A DNA stretch of 64,000 nucleotides from Fidelibacterota bacterium (GTDB lineage: Bacteria; Fidelibacterota; Marinisomatia; Marinisomatales; JABMOV01), in NCBI GenBank assembly GCA_046861395.1, contig JBHHUC010000001.1, positions 1 through 64,000 on the forward strand, given 5' to 3'. The notes beneath the pieces were generated by a model. That model was not told where the DNA came from and did no database searches. It saw only the letters and a list, made by a program, of their open reading frames with translations. The number at the start of each line of letters is the position of its first letter. The stretch's first letter is position 1. The position numbers and the translations under genes were made by a program. Shown here piece after piece: positions 1-8,744 of this stretch.

Positions 1-1061
1 AAATCATCAAAGGACATATTCTGATCGCCAATCCGGACGAGTGTATTCCGGGTGCGGTCTACTAGGTATACCTGAACGTTTCGCCTTGGAAACGGATTTG
101 ATTTACTAATCTGGGCATACAGTCGTGGAATAATTATTATGATTAACAACAGGGCAGTAGCAGGTATCGGTTCGGTGATGGCATGTGGTCGGTTTTCTAT
201 CCACCAGGAGCCCATAAACAGCGACAGAATGATGAGGATTTGCACCGTATGAAAAAACAGAAACTGATGGCGTAAAACGATTGCAACCAGAACAAAAAAG
301 AAGAAGAGCAACGACGGGGAAAAACTGTATATGCCGACCCATAATGGTTTTCGCCACAGTACCAGAATAATTGCAATGACCACTAAAAGCCATTGAAAAA
401 GTGTAATCGGTCCCGGCAATAAATGGCTCCACCAGAGGTTGGTCGTATCCCGTATGAATTCTATGCCAAACCGGAACAAAAAATAAGCGGCGATGAAAAG
501 AATTCCCATTCGATTCTTGTCCTTCGTCCTGTTACGCATGAACAGCAAAAAGACAACTGAAAACATTAGGAAAATAATTTCATACGCCGGCACGGGGTGA
601 ACGGACAACGACTGTTTGGCTCCGGGAGGAATCTGCTCTGTCAATACATGCAGCATATAAGCCGGATATCCGCTGCCATAGGTGATTCCCCAAGGAAGAT
701 CGGTGGGAGAACCGAAGCAACAACCGCTCACGATACATCCGATTCGTCCGATTCCCAGGCATACGGAGAGGAATAGGGCAAATAAATCACCAACGGGTTC
801 ATTTATTCCCAGGATGGCCGAACCCAAAAACAGTCCCGCCGTTGCACCCAGAATGACTGTCATAATGGATGGTGCAAGCAATGAACCTATAGCCCCGCCG
901 ACGGTTGACACGAATAGCAATAACAGTGTCGTGCTCCCCGAGTTAATCCGGTGCCGTAAACAGTAAAACAATACCAGTTTGCCCGCCAGGACATTGACAA
1001 GACCCAACCAAAACCAAATAGAGATTCCAGACGTTTGAAATATTGGATTCACCATCGGCAT
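1..1061 (-). CDS. Lgt-family (prolipoprotein diacylglyceryl transferase-like) membrane protein with C-terminal extension; 3' end runs off the window
   Basis: Manual translation from ATG 1061 is open to base 1, so it is missing from the ORF track. It contains Lgt-type motifs GIGRIGCIVSGCCFGSPTDLPWGITY, HPVPAYEI and YFLFRFGIEFIR, and many hydrophobic segments. Confidence 0.75.
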   Translation of the reverse strand, partial: MPMVNPIFQTSGISIWFWLGLVNVLAGKLVLFYCLRHRINSGSTTLLLLFVSTVGGAIGSLLAPSIMTVILGATAGLFLGSAILGINEPVGDLFALFLSVCLGIGRIGCIVSGCCFGSPTDLPWGITYGSGYPAYMLHVLTEQIPPGAKQSLSVHPVPAYEIIFLMFSVVFLLFMRNRTKDKNRMGILFIAAYFLFRFGIEFIRDTTNLWWSHLLPGPITLFQWLLVVIAIILVLWRKPLWVGIYSFSPSLLFFFFVLVAIVLRHQFLFFHTVQILIILSLFMGSWWIENRPHAITEPIPATALLLIIIIIPRLYAQISKSNPFPRRNVQVYLVDRTRNTLVRIGDQNMSFDD

Positions 1062-1171
1062 TGCCAAATTTACTTAATTAATTGTTCTCGGGAAATATTG
1101 AAGCTGACCGCTTTGCTGTCCCCTGGTTGCAAGAGTAACTTCCCGCCTGTTTTATCACCGAAAGGAGACCT

Positions 1172-3874
1172 ATGAAATACGTATATTTCTTCGGCGACGG
1201 TCAAGCTGACGGCCGGGCCGATATGAAGAATTTGCTGGGTGGAAAAGGAGCCAACCTGGCGGAAATGACCAACCTGGGCATTCCGGTTCCCCCGGGATTT
1301 ACCATCACAACGGAAGTCTGCACCCGCTATTATGAAGATGGTGGTATTTTATCCGATGACGTGATGAGCCAAGCCCGGGAAGCATTAAAAAGGACAGAAG
1401 CCATTATGGGCAAAACCTTTGGCGATGCGGAAAACCCCCTGCTGGTTTCCGTGCGCTCTGGTGCCCGGCAATCCATGCCCGGCATGATGGAAACTGTGTT
1501 GAATGTGGGTTTGACGTCAAAAACCATTCCGGGACTGATCACCAAAACCAATAATCCGCGTTTTGTCTATGATGCCTATCGCCGACTGATCATGATGTAT
1601 TCCGATGTTGTCATGGAAAAATCCATGGGTATCGAACCGGCGGAAGGGCAAGGTATCCGGCAGCGACTGGAACGTCTGCTCAATGAATATAAAGCAAGCC
1701 GTCAATATAGGGCTGATACGGATTTAACCGCTGAAGACTGGAAAACCATTTCTGAGAGCTTTAAAGGAGAAATCAGTACAGTCCTGGGGAGTGAATTCCC
1801 CGATGATCCCTACGATCAGTTGTGGGGGGCGGTACGAGCCGTCTTTCAGAGCTGGCAGGGTAAACGGGCTATCAGTTACCGTCGGATAGAAGGAATTCCC
1901 GATGAATGGGGAACGGCGGTGAATGTGCAATCCATGGTCTTTGGAAATACCGGGGAAGATTCCGCTACCGGTGTCGCTTTTACCCGGAACCCGGCCACCG
2001 GCGAAAATCTTTTTTATGGTGAATGGCTGCAGAATGCCCAGGGCGAAGATGTGGTCGCCGGAACCCGGACTCCCAATCCACTGAATCTGGCAACAAAAAC
2101 GGAGGATAATAAAGACAGTATTTCTCTGGAAGAATTTCTGCCCGATGTTTACCGGACCCTGGATGAAATCCGCACCAAGCTGGAAAACCACTACCGTGAT
2201 ATGCAGGACGTGGAATTTACCATTGAAGAAGGACGTTTATGGATGCTGCAAACCAGAACCGGAAAACGTAATGGTCCGGCTGCGATCCGGATTGCGGTGG
2301 ATATGGCCAATGAAGACCTTATTTCGTCCGCCGAAGCTGTGCAGCGGGTCGAACCTTCACAACTGGACGAATTGCTTCATCCCATGGTGGATCCCGCGGC
2401 GGAAAAAGCGGCGGATGTATTGGCCAAAGGCTTGCCAGCAGGTCCGGGCGGTGCTACGGGACGCATTGTATTTACGGCCGATGAAGCGGAAACCTGGGCT
2501 GCTGATGGCGAAACCGTGATCCTGGTACGGGAAGAAACATCCCCGGAAGATGTCCACGGTATGCACGCTGCTGCTGCCATTTTAACCGCCAAGGGTGGAA
2601 TGACAAGTCACGCAGCACTGGTGGCCCGCGGTTGGGGTAAGTGCTGTATTGTGGGTTGCAGTGCCCTAGAGGTGGACGCCGAAGCCCGGGAAATCCACGT
2701 GGCCGGTCAAACCTATAAACAAGGTGACTGGTTTACACTCAATGGAACCGCCGGGAAAGTTTATGCAGGTCAGTTAGACTTACTGGATGCGAATCCGGAA
2801 CATAATACGGAATATGCCCAACTTATGACTTGGGCGGATGAAATACGGACCCTGAAAGTTCGCACCAATGCCGATCGACCGGAAGATGCGGCCAAGGCCC
2901 GGGAATTCGGCGCCCAGGGTATCGGCCTGTGCCGTACTGAGCACATGTTTTTTGATCCGGCGCGAATACTGGCGGTGCGAAAAATGATTCTGGCGGGATC
3001 ACCAGAGGAACGACGGGCGGCCGTCATGGAATTATTACCTTATCAGCGCGCCGATTTCAAGGGTATCTTTGCCGCGATGGAAAGCCTACCGGTTACCGTC
3101 AGGCTATTGGATCCGCCGCTGCATGAGTTCATGCCGCAGAAAGATGACCAGATTCATGAACTGGCACAAGAATTGGGTGTCTCCGATGAAAAGATTCGTT
3201 CCCGGATTGCTAATCTTCATGAATTCAATCCCATGTTGGGACATCGCGGTTGTCGCCTGGGAATTGCATATCCCGAAATAACCGAAATGCAGGCTCGCGC
3301 GATTTTCGAAGCCACAGCTGAATTGGTGTCTGACGGAACCACTGTACTTCCGGAAATCATGATACCTCTGGTGGGAACTCATACCGAATTTGAACACCAG
3401 GAAGGCGTTGTGCGCGCCGCCGCGAAGGCCGTTATGGATGAAACCGGTGTTACCTTTGATTACCTGGTTGGAACCATGATTGAATTACCCCGCGCCTGTC
3501 TGACGGCGGATGAAATCGCTCAAAAGGCCGAATTTTTCAGTTTCGGAACTAACGATCTCACACAGACCACTTACGGTTTCAGTCGGGATGATATCGGCGG
3601 TTTTCTGCCCGAATACCTGACCAATGGAATTCTCACCCACGATCCGTTTGAATCGCTGGATACGACCGGTGTGGGTCAGCTCGTTAGTATGGGCGTCGAA
3701 AAAGGCCGGGGTGTCCGCGAAAACCTCAAAATCGGCATCTGCGGTGAACATGGTGGAGATCCTGCCTCCATTGATTTCTGCCATCGGACGGGTCTGGATT
3801 ATGTGAGTTGTTCTCCCTTCCGGGTTCCCGTAGCCCGGCTGGCTGCCGCCCACGCCGCCCTGAAAGATAAATAA
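1172..3874 (+). CDS. ppdK: pyruvate, phosphate dikinase
   Basis: 900 aa. LLGGKGANL N-terminus, phospho-His motif GGMTSHAA, FFSFGTNDLTQ, GICGEHGGDP. AGGAG RBS upstream. Confidence 0.98.
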   Translation: MKYVYFFGDGQADGRADMKNLLGGKGANLAEMTNLGIPVPPGFTITTEVCTRYYEDGGILSDDVMSQAREALKRTEAIMGKTFGDAENPLLVSVRSGARQSMPGMMETVLNVGLTSKTIPGLITKTNNPRFVYDAYRRLIMMYSDVVMEKSMGIEPAEGQGIRQRLERLLNEYKASRQYRADTDLTAEDWKTISESFKGEISTVLGSEFPDDPYDQLWGAVRAVFQSWQGKRAISYRRIEGIPDEWGTAVNVQSMVFGNTGEDSATGVAFTRNPATGENLFYGEWLQNAQGEDVVAGTRTPNPLNLATKTEDNKDSISLEEFLPDVYRTLDEIRTKLENHYRDMQDVEFTIEEGRLWMLQTRTGKRNGPAAIRIAVDMANEDLISSAEAVQRVEPSQLDELLHPMVDPAAEKAADVLAKGLPAGPGGATGRIVFTADEAETWAADGETVILVREETSPEDVHGMHAAAAILTAKGGMTSHAALVARGWGKCCIVGCSALEVDAEAREIHVAGQTYKQGDWFTLNGTAGKVYAGQLDLLDANPEHNTEYAQLMTWADEIRTLKVRTNADRPEDAAKAREFGAQGIGLCRTEHMFFDPARILAVRKMILAGSPEERRAAVMELLPYQRADFKGIFAAMESLPVTVRLLDPPLHEFMPQKDDQIHELAQELGVSDEKIRSRIANLHEFNPMLGHRGCRLGIAYPEITEMQARAIFEATAELVSDGTTVLPEIMIPLVGTHTEFEHQEGVVRAAAKAVMDETGVTFDYLVGTMIELPRACLTADEIAQKAEFFSFGTNDLTQTTYGFSRDDIGGFLPEYLTNGILTHDPFESLDTTGVGQLVSMGVEKGRGVRENLKIGICGEHGGDPASIDFCHRTGLDYVSCSPFRVPVARLAAAHAALKDK

Positions 3875-3948
3875 TAGCTTATTGATAAAAGATCAGCAGA
3901 TTATTACTTCCACAAAATCATTATAATCAGCCGAATTAGCGATTCTGA

Positions 3949-5346
3949 CTATTTTATCGGCTCAAACTCTGCTGTAAAGTGGCGTAGGAATCGGGGTTGG
4001 TGTGTAAGCTTAAATCCGTTCAGGGTGTGGCGCTTTTCATAGAGCTGTCGCGCCACTTCGATGACATAATCAATGTGGCTCTGGGTATGGGTCCGCCGTG
4101 GCAGGGCCAGTCGCACAAGTTCCATGGCAGTGGCCGTCTCTTCGCCGGTCTCCGGATCATGTTTCCCGAACATAACGGAACCGATTTCCACCGTGCGGAT
4201 TCCTCCTTCCACAAAGAAAGCTGCCGATAGACTTTGTCCGGGATATTGCAAGGGATCAATGTGCGGCAGCAATGTTTTGGCATCAATATAGACGGCATGA
4301 CCGCCCGGCGGCTGAATAATGGGATAGCCAATGTCTGCCAGATGATCGCCCAGGTAACGCGCTTCCGCAATACGGTATTCCAGATAATCCTCCTGAATGA
4401 CTTCCTGTAATCCCACGGCGATGGCATCGAGGTCGCGGCCCGCCAATCCGCCATAGGTGGGAAAACCTTCTGTCAGTATCAATAAATCCTTTTCCTGCCG
4501 GGCCAGAACGTCGCTATTGGTGCATAAAAAACCACCGATATTCACCATTCCGTCCTTCTTGGCGCTCATAGTGCAACCATCGGCATAACTCATCATTTCC
4601 TTTACAATATCTCGAACCGAAACAGCTTCATACCCCGGTTCACGCAATTTTATAAAATAGGCGTTTTCGGCAAACCGCGCGGCATCGAAATAAAGGGGAA
4701 TGCCGTAAGGCTCCAAAACTTCCCTGACGGCTTTAATGTTTTCCATAGATACCGGCTGGCCGCCCCCAGAATTATTGGTAATGGTCAGCATGCACAGTGG
4801 AATACGATTGGCGCCCACTTCACGGATGGTTTCTTTCAATCTTTCCACATCCATATTCCCCTTGAAAGGGTGGATGCGCTGCGGGTCCAGCCCTTCCGGA
4901 ATCACCAGGTCCCGGGCCTCTGCCTGTTGGAATTCAATATTGGCACGGGTCGTATCGAAATGTGTATTGTTGGGCACGACATCCCCGGCCTTACACATTA
5001 CGGAAAACAGGATTCTTTCGGCTGCCCGCCCCTGATGTGTCGGTATGACATGCTGAAAACCGAACAAATCCCGGACGGAAGTTTCGAAACGCAGGAAACT
5101 GTCACTCCCGGCATAGGATTCGTCCCCGCGCATAATGCTGGCCCATTGTTCGGAACTCATGGCACCTGTTCCGCTGTCGGTAAGAAGGTCAATCATGACA
5201 TCCCGGGACCGGATTTTGAATACATTATAGCGGGCTTGGGCCAAAATTATTTCCCGTTCCTCCCGGGTGGTCAGATGAAGCGGTTCTACGGATTTAATAA
5301 TAAAGGGTTCAATAACGGTCCGAAAGGACTGGTCATTGGCATTCAT
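3949..5346 (-). CDS. tnaA: tryptophanase (tryptophan indole-lyase)
   Basis: Beta-eliminating lyase motifs IDLLTDSGT, HQGR, PLP-lysine MSAKKDG, GGLAGRD. Specificity positions match tryptophanase (HFDTT, VEIG, LRHFT), not tyrosine phenol-lyase (FTTT, MERG, LRFFT). Confidence 0.88.
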   Translation of the reverse strand: MNANDQSFRTVIEPFIIKSVEPLHLTTREEREIILAQARYNVFKIRSRDVMIDLLTDSGTGAMSSEQWASIMRGDESYAGSDSFLRFETSVRDLFGFQHVIPTHQGRAAERILFSVMCKAGDVVPNNTHFDTTRANIEFQQAEARDLVIPEGLDPQRIHPFKGNMDVERLKETIREVGANRIPLCMLTITNNSGGGQPVSMENIKAVREVLEPYGIPLYFDAARFAENAYFIKLREPGYEAVSVRDIVKEMMSYADGCTMSAKKDGMVNIGGFLCTNSDVLARQEKDLLILTEGFPTYGGLAGRDLDAIAVGLQEVIQEDYLEYRIAEARYLGDHLADIGYPIIQPPGGHAVYIDAKTLLPHIDPLQYPGQSLSAAFFVEGGIRTVEIGSVMFGKHDPETGEETATAMELVRLALPRRTHTQSHIDYVIEVARQLYEKRHTLNGFKLTHQPRFLRHFTAEFEPIK

Positions 5347-5397
5347 GATTACTCCAGATTTTGGCCTCTAAATTACGGACGGATATAAAATACAGGA

Positions 5398-5426
5398 GAA
5401 AAGAAAACCCCGCCGAAGCGGGGTTT
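5398..5426 (-). terminator. rho-independent terminator closing the motor operon
   Basis: On the minus strand: AAACCCCGC-TTCG-GCGGGGTTT followed by TCTTTTCT, i.e. a 9-bp stem, UUCG loop and U tract, starting just after the fliG-like stop. Confidence 0.85.
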
Positions 5427-5439
5427 AGAAAGGAAAACC

Positions 5440-6375
5440 CTATTCGATTAATTCGCCACCTTCTACAAAGTCAGCCAGATTATAGGCCCCGTCTTTTTCC
5501 ATCTGTCGGGCAGCCTTGACAACCGTCTTTCGTGCTTCATCCACCTCACGTTTCGCCACGGCACCTTCCACCGGCTCATACATGGCCTGCTTCTTCTGTG
5601 GTAAATTGTCCAATACTTTTTTTTCTACTTCTTCCGGCATTCCTTTCAGGGCCAGGGCCACCGTATCCAAATCCACGGAATTCATGAGATCTCGTAACAG
5701 ATTATCCGGGAAATATTCGAAAATATTTTCGAATGTCAGATGGTACTTCTGGATTTCCTTGGCCAGCTCCGGACTTTCCCGATTAATGGCTTCGAAATAT
5801 TTTTCCTCTTCTTGGGGTGGCATTTCACTGAGAATATCGGCAATTTCCTTGCCGCCACCACGTGAGAATTCCACGGTGCGGGGAAGGAAATGTGATTTTT
5901 CCCTTAAATCGGCGGCTACATTGACCACCGCTTCCAATGGAATATCTTTCAGGCTACCCAGTTCGATCAGGGTGCGTCCCTTGTCCTCTGGTTTCAAACG
6001 GTTCAACACCAACATCCGTCGTTCCGGTGTGACCTGGGCCAGGATAATGGCCACGACCCGAGGCTCTTCCGGGCTCAGCAATGCTACCAATTGTTCATCG
6101 GTGAGCTCATGAACGAATTCAAAAGGTTTCTGCGGTTTATCCTGGTCGTCGACCGACTGGAATTTTTCACTGACAAAACTGAAATAGAATTCTTCCAGAA
6201 CGCGTTTTTTTATGGAAAAGGAAACCGTATCCATTTCTCTCATCGTGGCCCGGATTTTCCTGATTTCCGTTTTGCTCAGACCTGTCACCAGGGTTAAAGC
6301 CAGACTTTCCCCAAGCACCAAAAAGAGGATGGCAACTTTTTGCAGACCCGACAGACGGTAATAATCTGTAATCAT
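5440..6375 (-). CDS. fliG: divergent FliG (flagellar rotor protein homologue)
   Basis: LSGLQKVAILFLVLG (FliG-N), KPFEF, EEPR at the EHPQ position, GG linker RGGGKEIADIL, ALALKG and C-terminal EVDEARKTVVKAARQMEKDG. Confidence 0.85.
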   Translation of the reverse strand: MITDYYRLSGLQKVAILFLVLGESLALTLVTGLSKTEIRKIRATMREMDTVSFSIKKRVLEEFYFSFVSEKFQSVDDQDKPQKPFEFVHELTDEQLVALLSPEEPRVVAIILAQVTPERRMLVLNRLKPEDKGRTLIELGSLKDIPLEAVVNVAADLREKSHFLPRTVEFSRGGGKEIADILSEMPPQEEEKYFEAINRESPELAKEIQKYHLTFENIFEYFPDNLLRDLMNSVDLDTVALALKGMPEEVEKKVLDNLPQKKQAMYEPVEGAVAKREVDEARKTVVKAARQMEKDGAYNLADFVEGGELIE

Positions 6376-6384
6376 AGTGCCTCC

Positions 6385-7938
6385 TTATTTCTTTTTCTTT
6401 TTTTTCTTACCGGTATCTTCTTCCGGCGTTTCGGTGGTGGTTTCTTCCGGTTCAGCGGGCGGAGGCGGTGCTTCCTCCTGCATCCATTCCTTGACAATGC
6501 GAGACGTGGTTTCCGGTTGTCCCACGCTCATACTTACAATGGATTTGCGAATATCACCGATTTCGCTCTGCAACACACTGGGGTCCTCTTCCACCGGAAC
6601 CACCGGTTGGGTCGGTTGCGGGGCTGGCTGGACCGGAGTTGTTTCGGGCTCTGGTTTTTTCTCTACGGTCCTACTTTTTTTTTTGCGACGACGTGGGGGA
6701 TACATATAGGGTGGCGGCGGATAGGCCGGCTGTTTCGATCCCCGGAAAGCCATAAAGAGGAGGGCCACCAGCAATATCAGGAGCAATACCCCCAGCAGGG
6801 AAAGAAGAATAATAACATAAGTGGGAATGCCGCCTTCTTTCTGAAGCTGATCCAATTCTGTTTTAACAGATTCCAGGGCAGCAATACGCTGTTCGATGGT
6901 TGATTCCAGAGCCTGCCTTTCTTGCTCCCGTTCCGAAATAACGGATTCAGCTGCTGTTGCAGTTGAGTCCGGGACAGTATTGGATTCAATCATCGCTTTC
7001 AATTGCTGAATTTCAGCGTTTAAGACCATCAGCTTCAGGGAGTCCTGCCGTAATATTTCCTGTTTTTCTTTGCGGAAAGCCCGTTCCCGTGCGGCGGCTT
7101 CCAGCGTACTTAACTGTGATTTGAAAAATTCACGGTCTTCTTCGCGACGTTGGGCTTCTTGAGCTTTGTACTCTTCCAGTTCCTTTTTCCAGTCTAAGGT
7201 CTGACTGTCATCGACGTCGCGACGGGTTTTTTCGATTAGTTCCAGTTTTTCAGCGATATTTTTCAACAATATTTGTTCGGCTGTTTTTTCATCCTTGCGC
7301 TCTTTAAAGCTGGCGGTGATCAGATTAATCTTGTCACCCCGGGCGCGGTTATACCGGGAAGCTACCAGTACAATCTGGCGCACATTTTCGATCATTTCCG
7401 GTGCTAAACCCTCTTGCAGGATGACACTGATTTCCATTTTTTGCACCTTTGCTATCGACGGACGTTTTACCGATGCTGTGCGGGATAATATATCTTCGCC
7501 TGATTCTTTTGGTTTGGACTCAATAATTACTGGTGCTTTTTCTTCCACCGTTTCAACGTCGGATCCCTGCGGTTCTACCTCAAATTCAAATCCAGGGATT
7601 GGTAAACCGACCATTGTTTCCCGGTCTGGTGTTTCGCTTTCAGTCGGCGTTTGCAACAAGGCCTCGAGATCTGCGTTTTCCGTATCTTCTTGCCCCGTGG
7701 AGGAGGGACCGTAGGTCACCTGCTCTTCCATAGCGTCGCTCAACTCAAGCGTAACATTTATATCCACAACAAATTGGGATGGGTCTATGATTTTCGTCAA
7801 TCCATCCTGAATGCGTTGCCGCAAATCATTTTCAACCATCAATTTTTGCGTTAGATAGCCTTCTTGGGCGGATAGAAATCCCGCCACCAGGGCCATTGTC
7901 AGGATAAATACGATGGGGGTAACAAACCGTCTCCTCAT
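6385..7938 (-). CDS. FliF-like MS-ring protein: signal/anchor, RBM3 with beta-collar, long coiled coil, TM helix and FliG-binding tail; lacks RBM1/RBM2
   Basis: Start at ATG 7938 with AGGAGAGG RBS. RBM3-like ENDLRQRIQDGLTKII..FVVDINVTLELS..EEQVTYGP and KMEISVIL..IENVRQIVLVASRYNRARGDKINLITASF. One C-proximal TM helix. Tail QPETTSRIVKEWM resembles the FliF C-terminal PExxAxxIrxWl. Lies directly upstream of fliG. Confidence 0.75.
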   Translation of the reverse strand: MRRRFVTPIVFILTMALVAGFLSAQEGYLTQKLMVENDLRQRIQDGLTKIIDPSQFVVDINVTLELSDAMEEQVTYGPSSTGQEDTENADLEALLQTPTESETPDRETMVGLPIPGFEFEVEPQGSDVETVEEKAPVIIESKPKESGEDILSRTASVKRPSIAKVQKMEISVILQEGLAPEMIENVRQIVLVASRYNRARGDKINLITASFKERKDEKTAEQILLKNIAEKLELIEKTRRDVDDSQTLDWKKELEEYKAQEAQRREEDREFFKSQLSTLEAAARERAFRKEKQEILRQDSLKLMVLNAEIQQLKAMIESNTVPDSTATAAESVISEREQERQALESTIEQRIAALESVKTELDQLQKEGGIPTYVIILLSLLGVLLLILLVALLFMAFRGSKQPAYPPPPYMYPPRRRKKKSRTVEKKPEPETTPVQPAPQPTQPVVPVEEDPSVLQSEIGDIRKSIVSMSVGQPETTSRIVKEWMQEEAPPPPAEPEETTTETPEEDTGKKKKKKK

Positions 7939-7985
7939 AACCTCTCCTAAATAAACTATTTCTTGTAAATGCTTCATGGATATAC

Positions 7986-8741
7986 CTAGCCGGATCCTGC
8001 CGGTGACAGGAATGTAATTTCCACCCGGCGATTTTTAGCTTTTAATTCGTCAGAACGATTAAGATCGCGAATCAACTCGGCATCAATGATCCGGTCGGTG
8101 GGGCGATCCCGGGGCACATTTTCGGCATACCCCACGGCCTGGAGCCGGGTGGGTGGAATGCCCAGATTAATTAATTCACGTACAACAGCTGCTGCGCGGG
8201 CACCCGAAAGTTCCCAGTTGGAAGGATAAATCTCTTTTACGCGGTCGGGAATAGGATCTGCATCCGTATGTCCTTCCACCGCTACCATGAAATAGGACTT
8301 TTCAATGGTAGGTAATAGGGTTTTCAATATTGGAATGATTTCCGACCGAATATCTGCCGAAGCCGGCTCAAAGCTGATATCGGACGCAATCGCAATGGTC
8401 ACGCCTTTGGGGCTTGTGGTTACTTCCACCGGTTTCTGCCCTGTCTTGGGGTCGGTTGGCATTTCTTTCACCATTTTATCGACTGCTTTTTTAATATCCG
8501 CCAGGGACATGGCCTGGTTTTTAATTTTCTTTTTCTGGCCGACGGATTTTCCCATGGAATCGGCCATTTGCTGCAGTTTGACCGGATCAATCGTCGATAT
8601 GGCGGCCAGCAAGACAAAGAACGCCAGCAGCAGTGTCATCATATCGGCAAAGGTGCCGAACCATCCTGGCAATCCTTCATCCACCTCGGTGCGACCTTTT
8701 TCCAGATATTTCTTTTTCAGACGATTTAAATCCTGAGCCAC
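7986..8741 (-). CDS. motB: stator B subunit (MotB/PomB family)
   Basis: TM WFGTFADMMTLLLAFFVLL with the essential Asp, plug helix, OmpA-like peptidoglycan-binding domain (GHTD, SNWELSGARA, NRRVEI). GTG start. Confidence 0.95.
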   Translation of the reverse strand: MAQDLNRLKKKYLEKGRTEVDEGLPGWFGTFADMMTLLLAFFVLLAAISTIDPVKLQQMADSMGKSVGQKKKIKNQAMSLADIKKAVDKMVKEMPTDPKTGQKPVEVTTSPKGVTIAIASDISFEPASADIRSEIIPILKTLLPTIEKSYFMVAVEGHTDADPIPDRVKEIYPSNWELSGARAAAVVRELINLGIPPTRLQAVGYAENVPRDRPTDRIIDAELIRDLNRSDELKAKNRRVEITFLSPAGSG

Positions 8742-8744
8742 CTA

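Noticed and set aside
106..966. ORF-track entries 106..432, 580..762 and 682..966, and an apparent + strand gene tail at 3..65
   Set aside because: All are alternative-frame or antisense shadows of the Lgt-like ORF (1..1061, minus strand), which carries recognisable motifs.
3949..5346. Tyrosine phenol-lyase assignment
   Set aside because: Diagnostic positions read D (HFDTT), I (VEIG) and H (LRHFT), as in tryptophanase.
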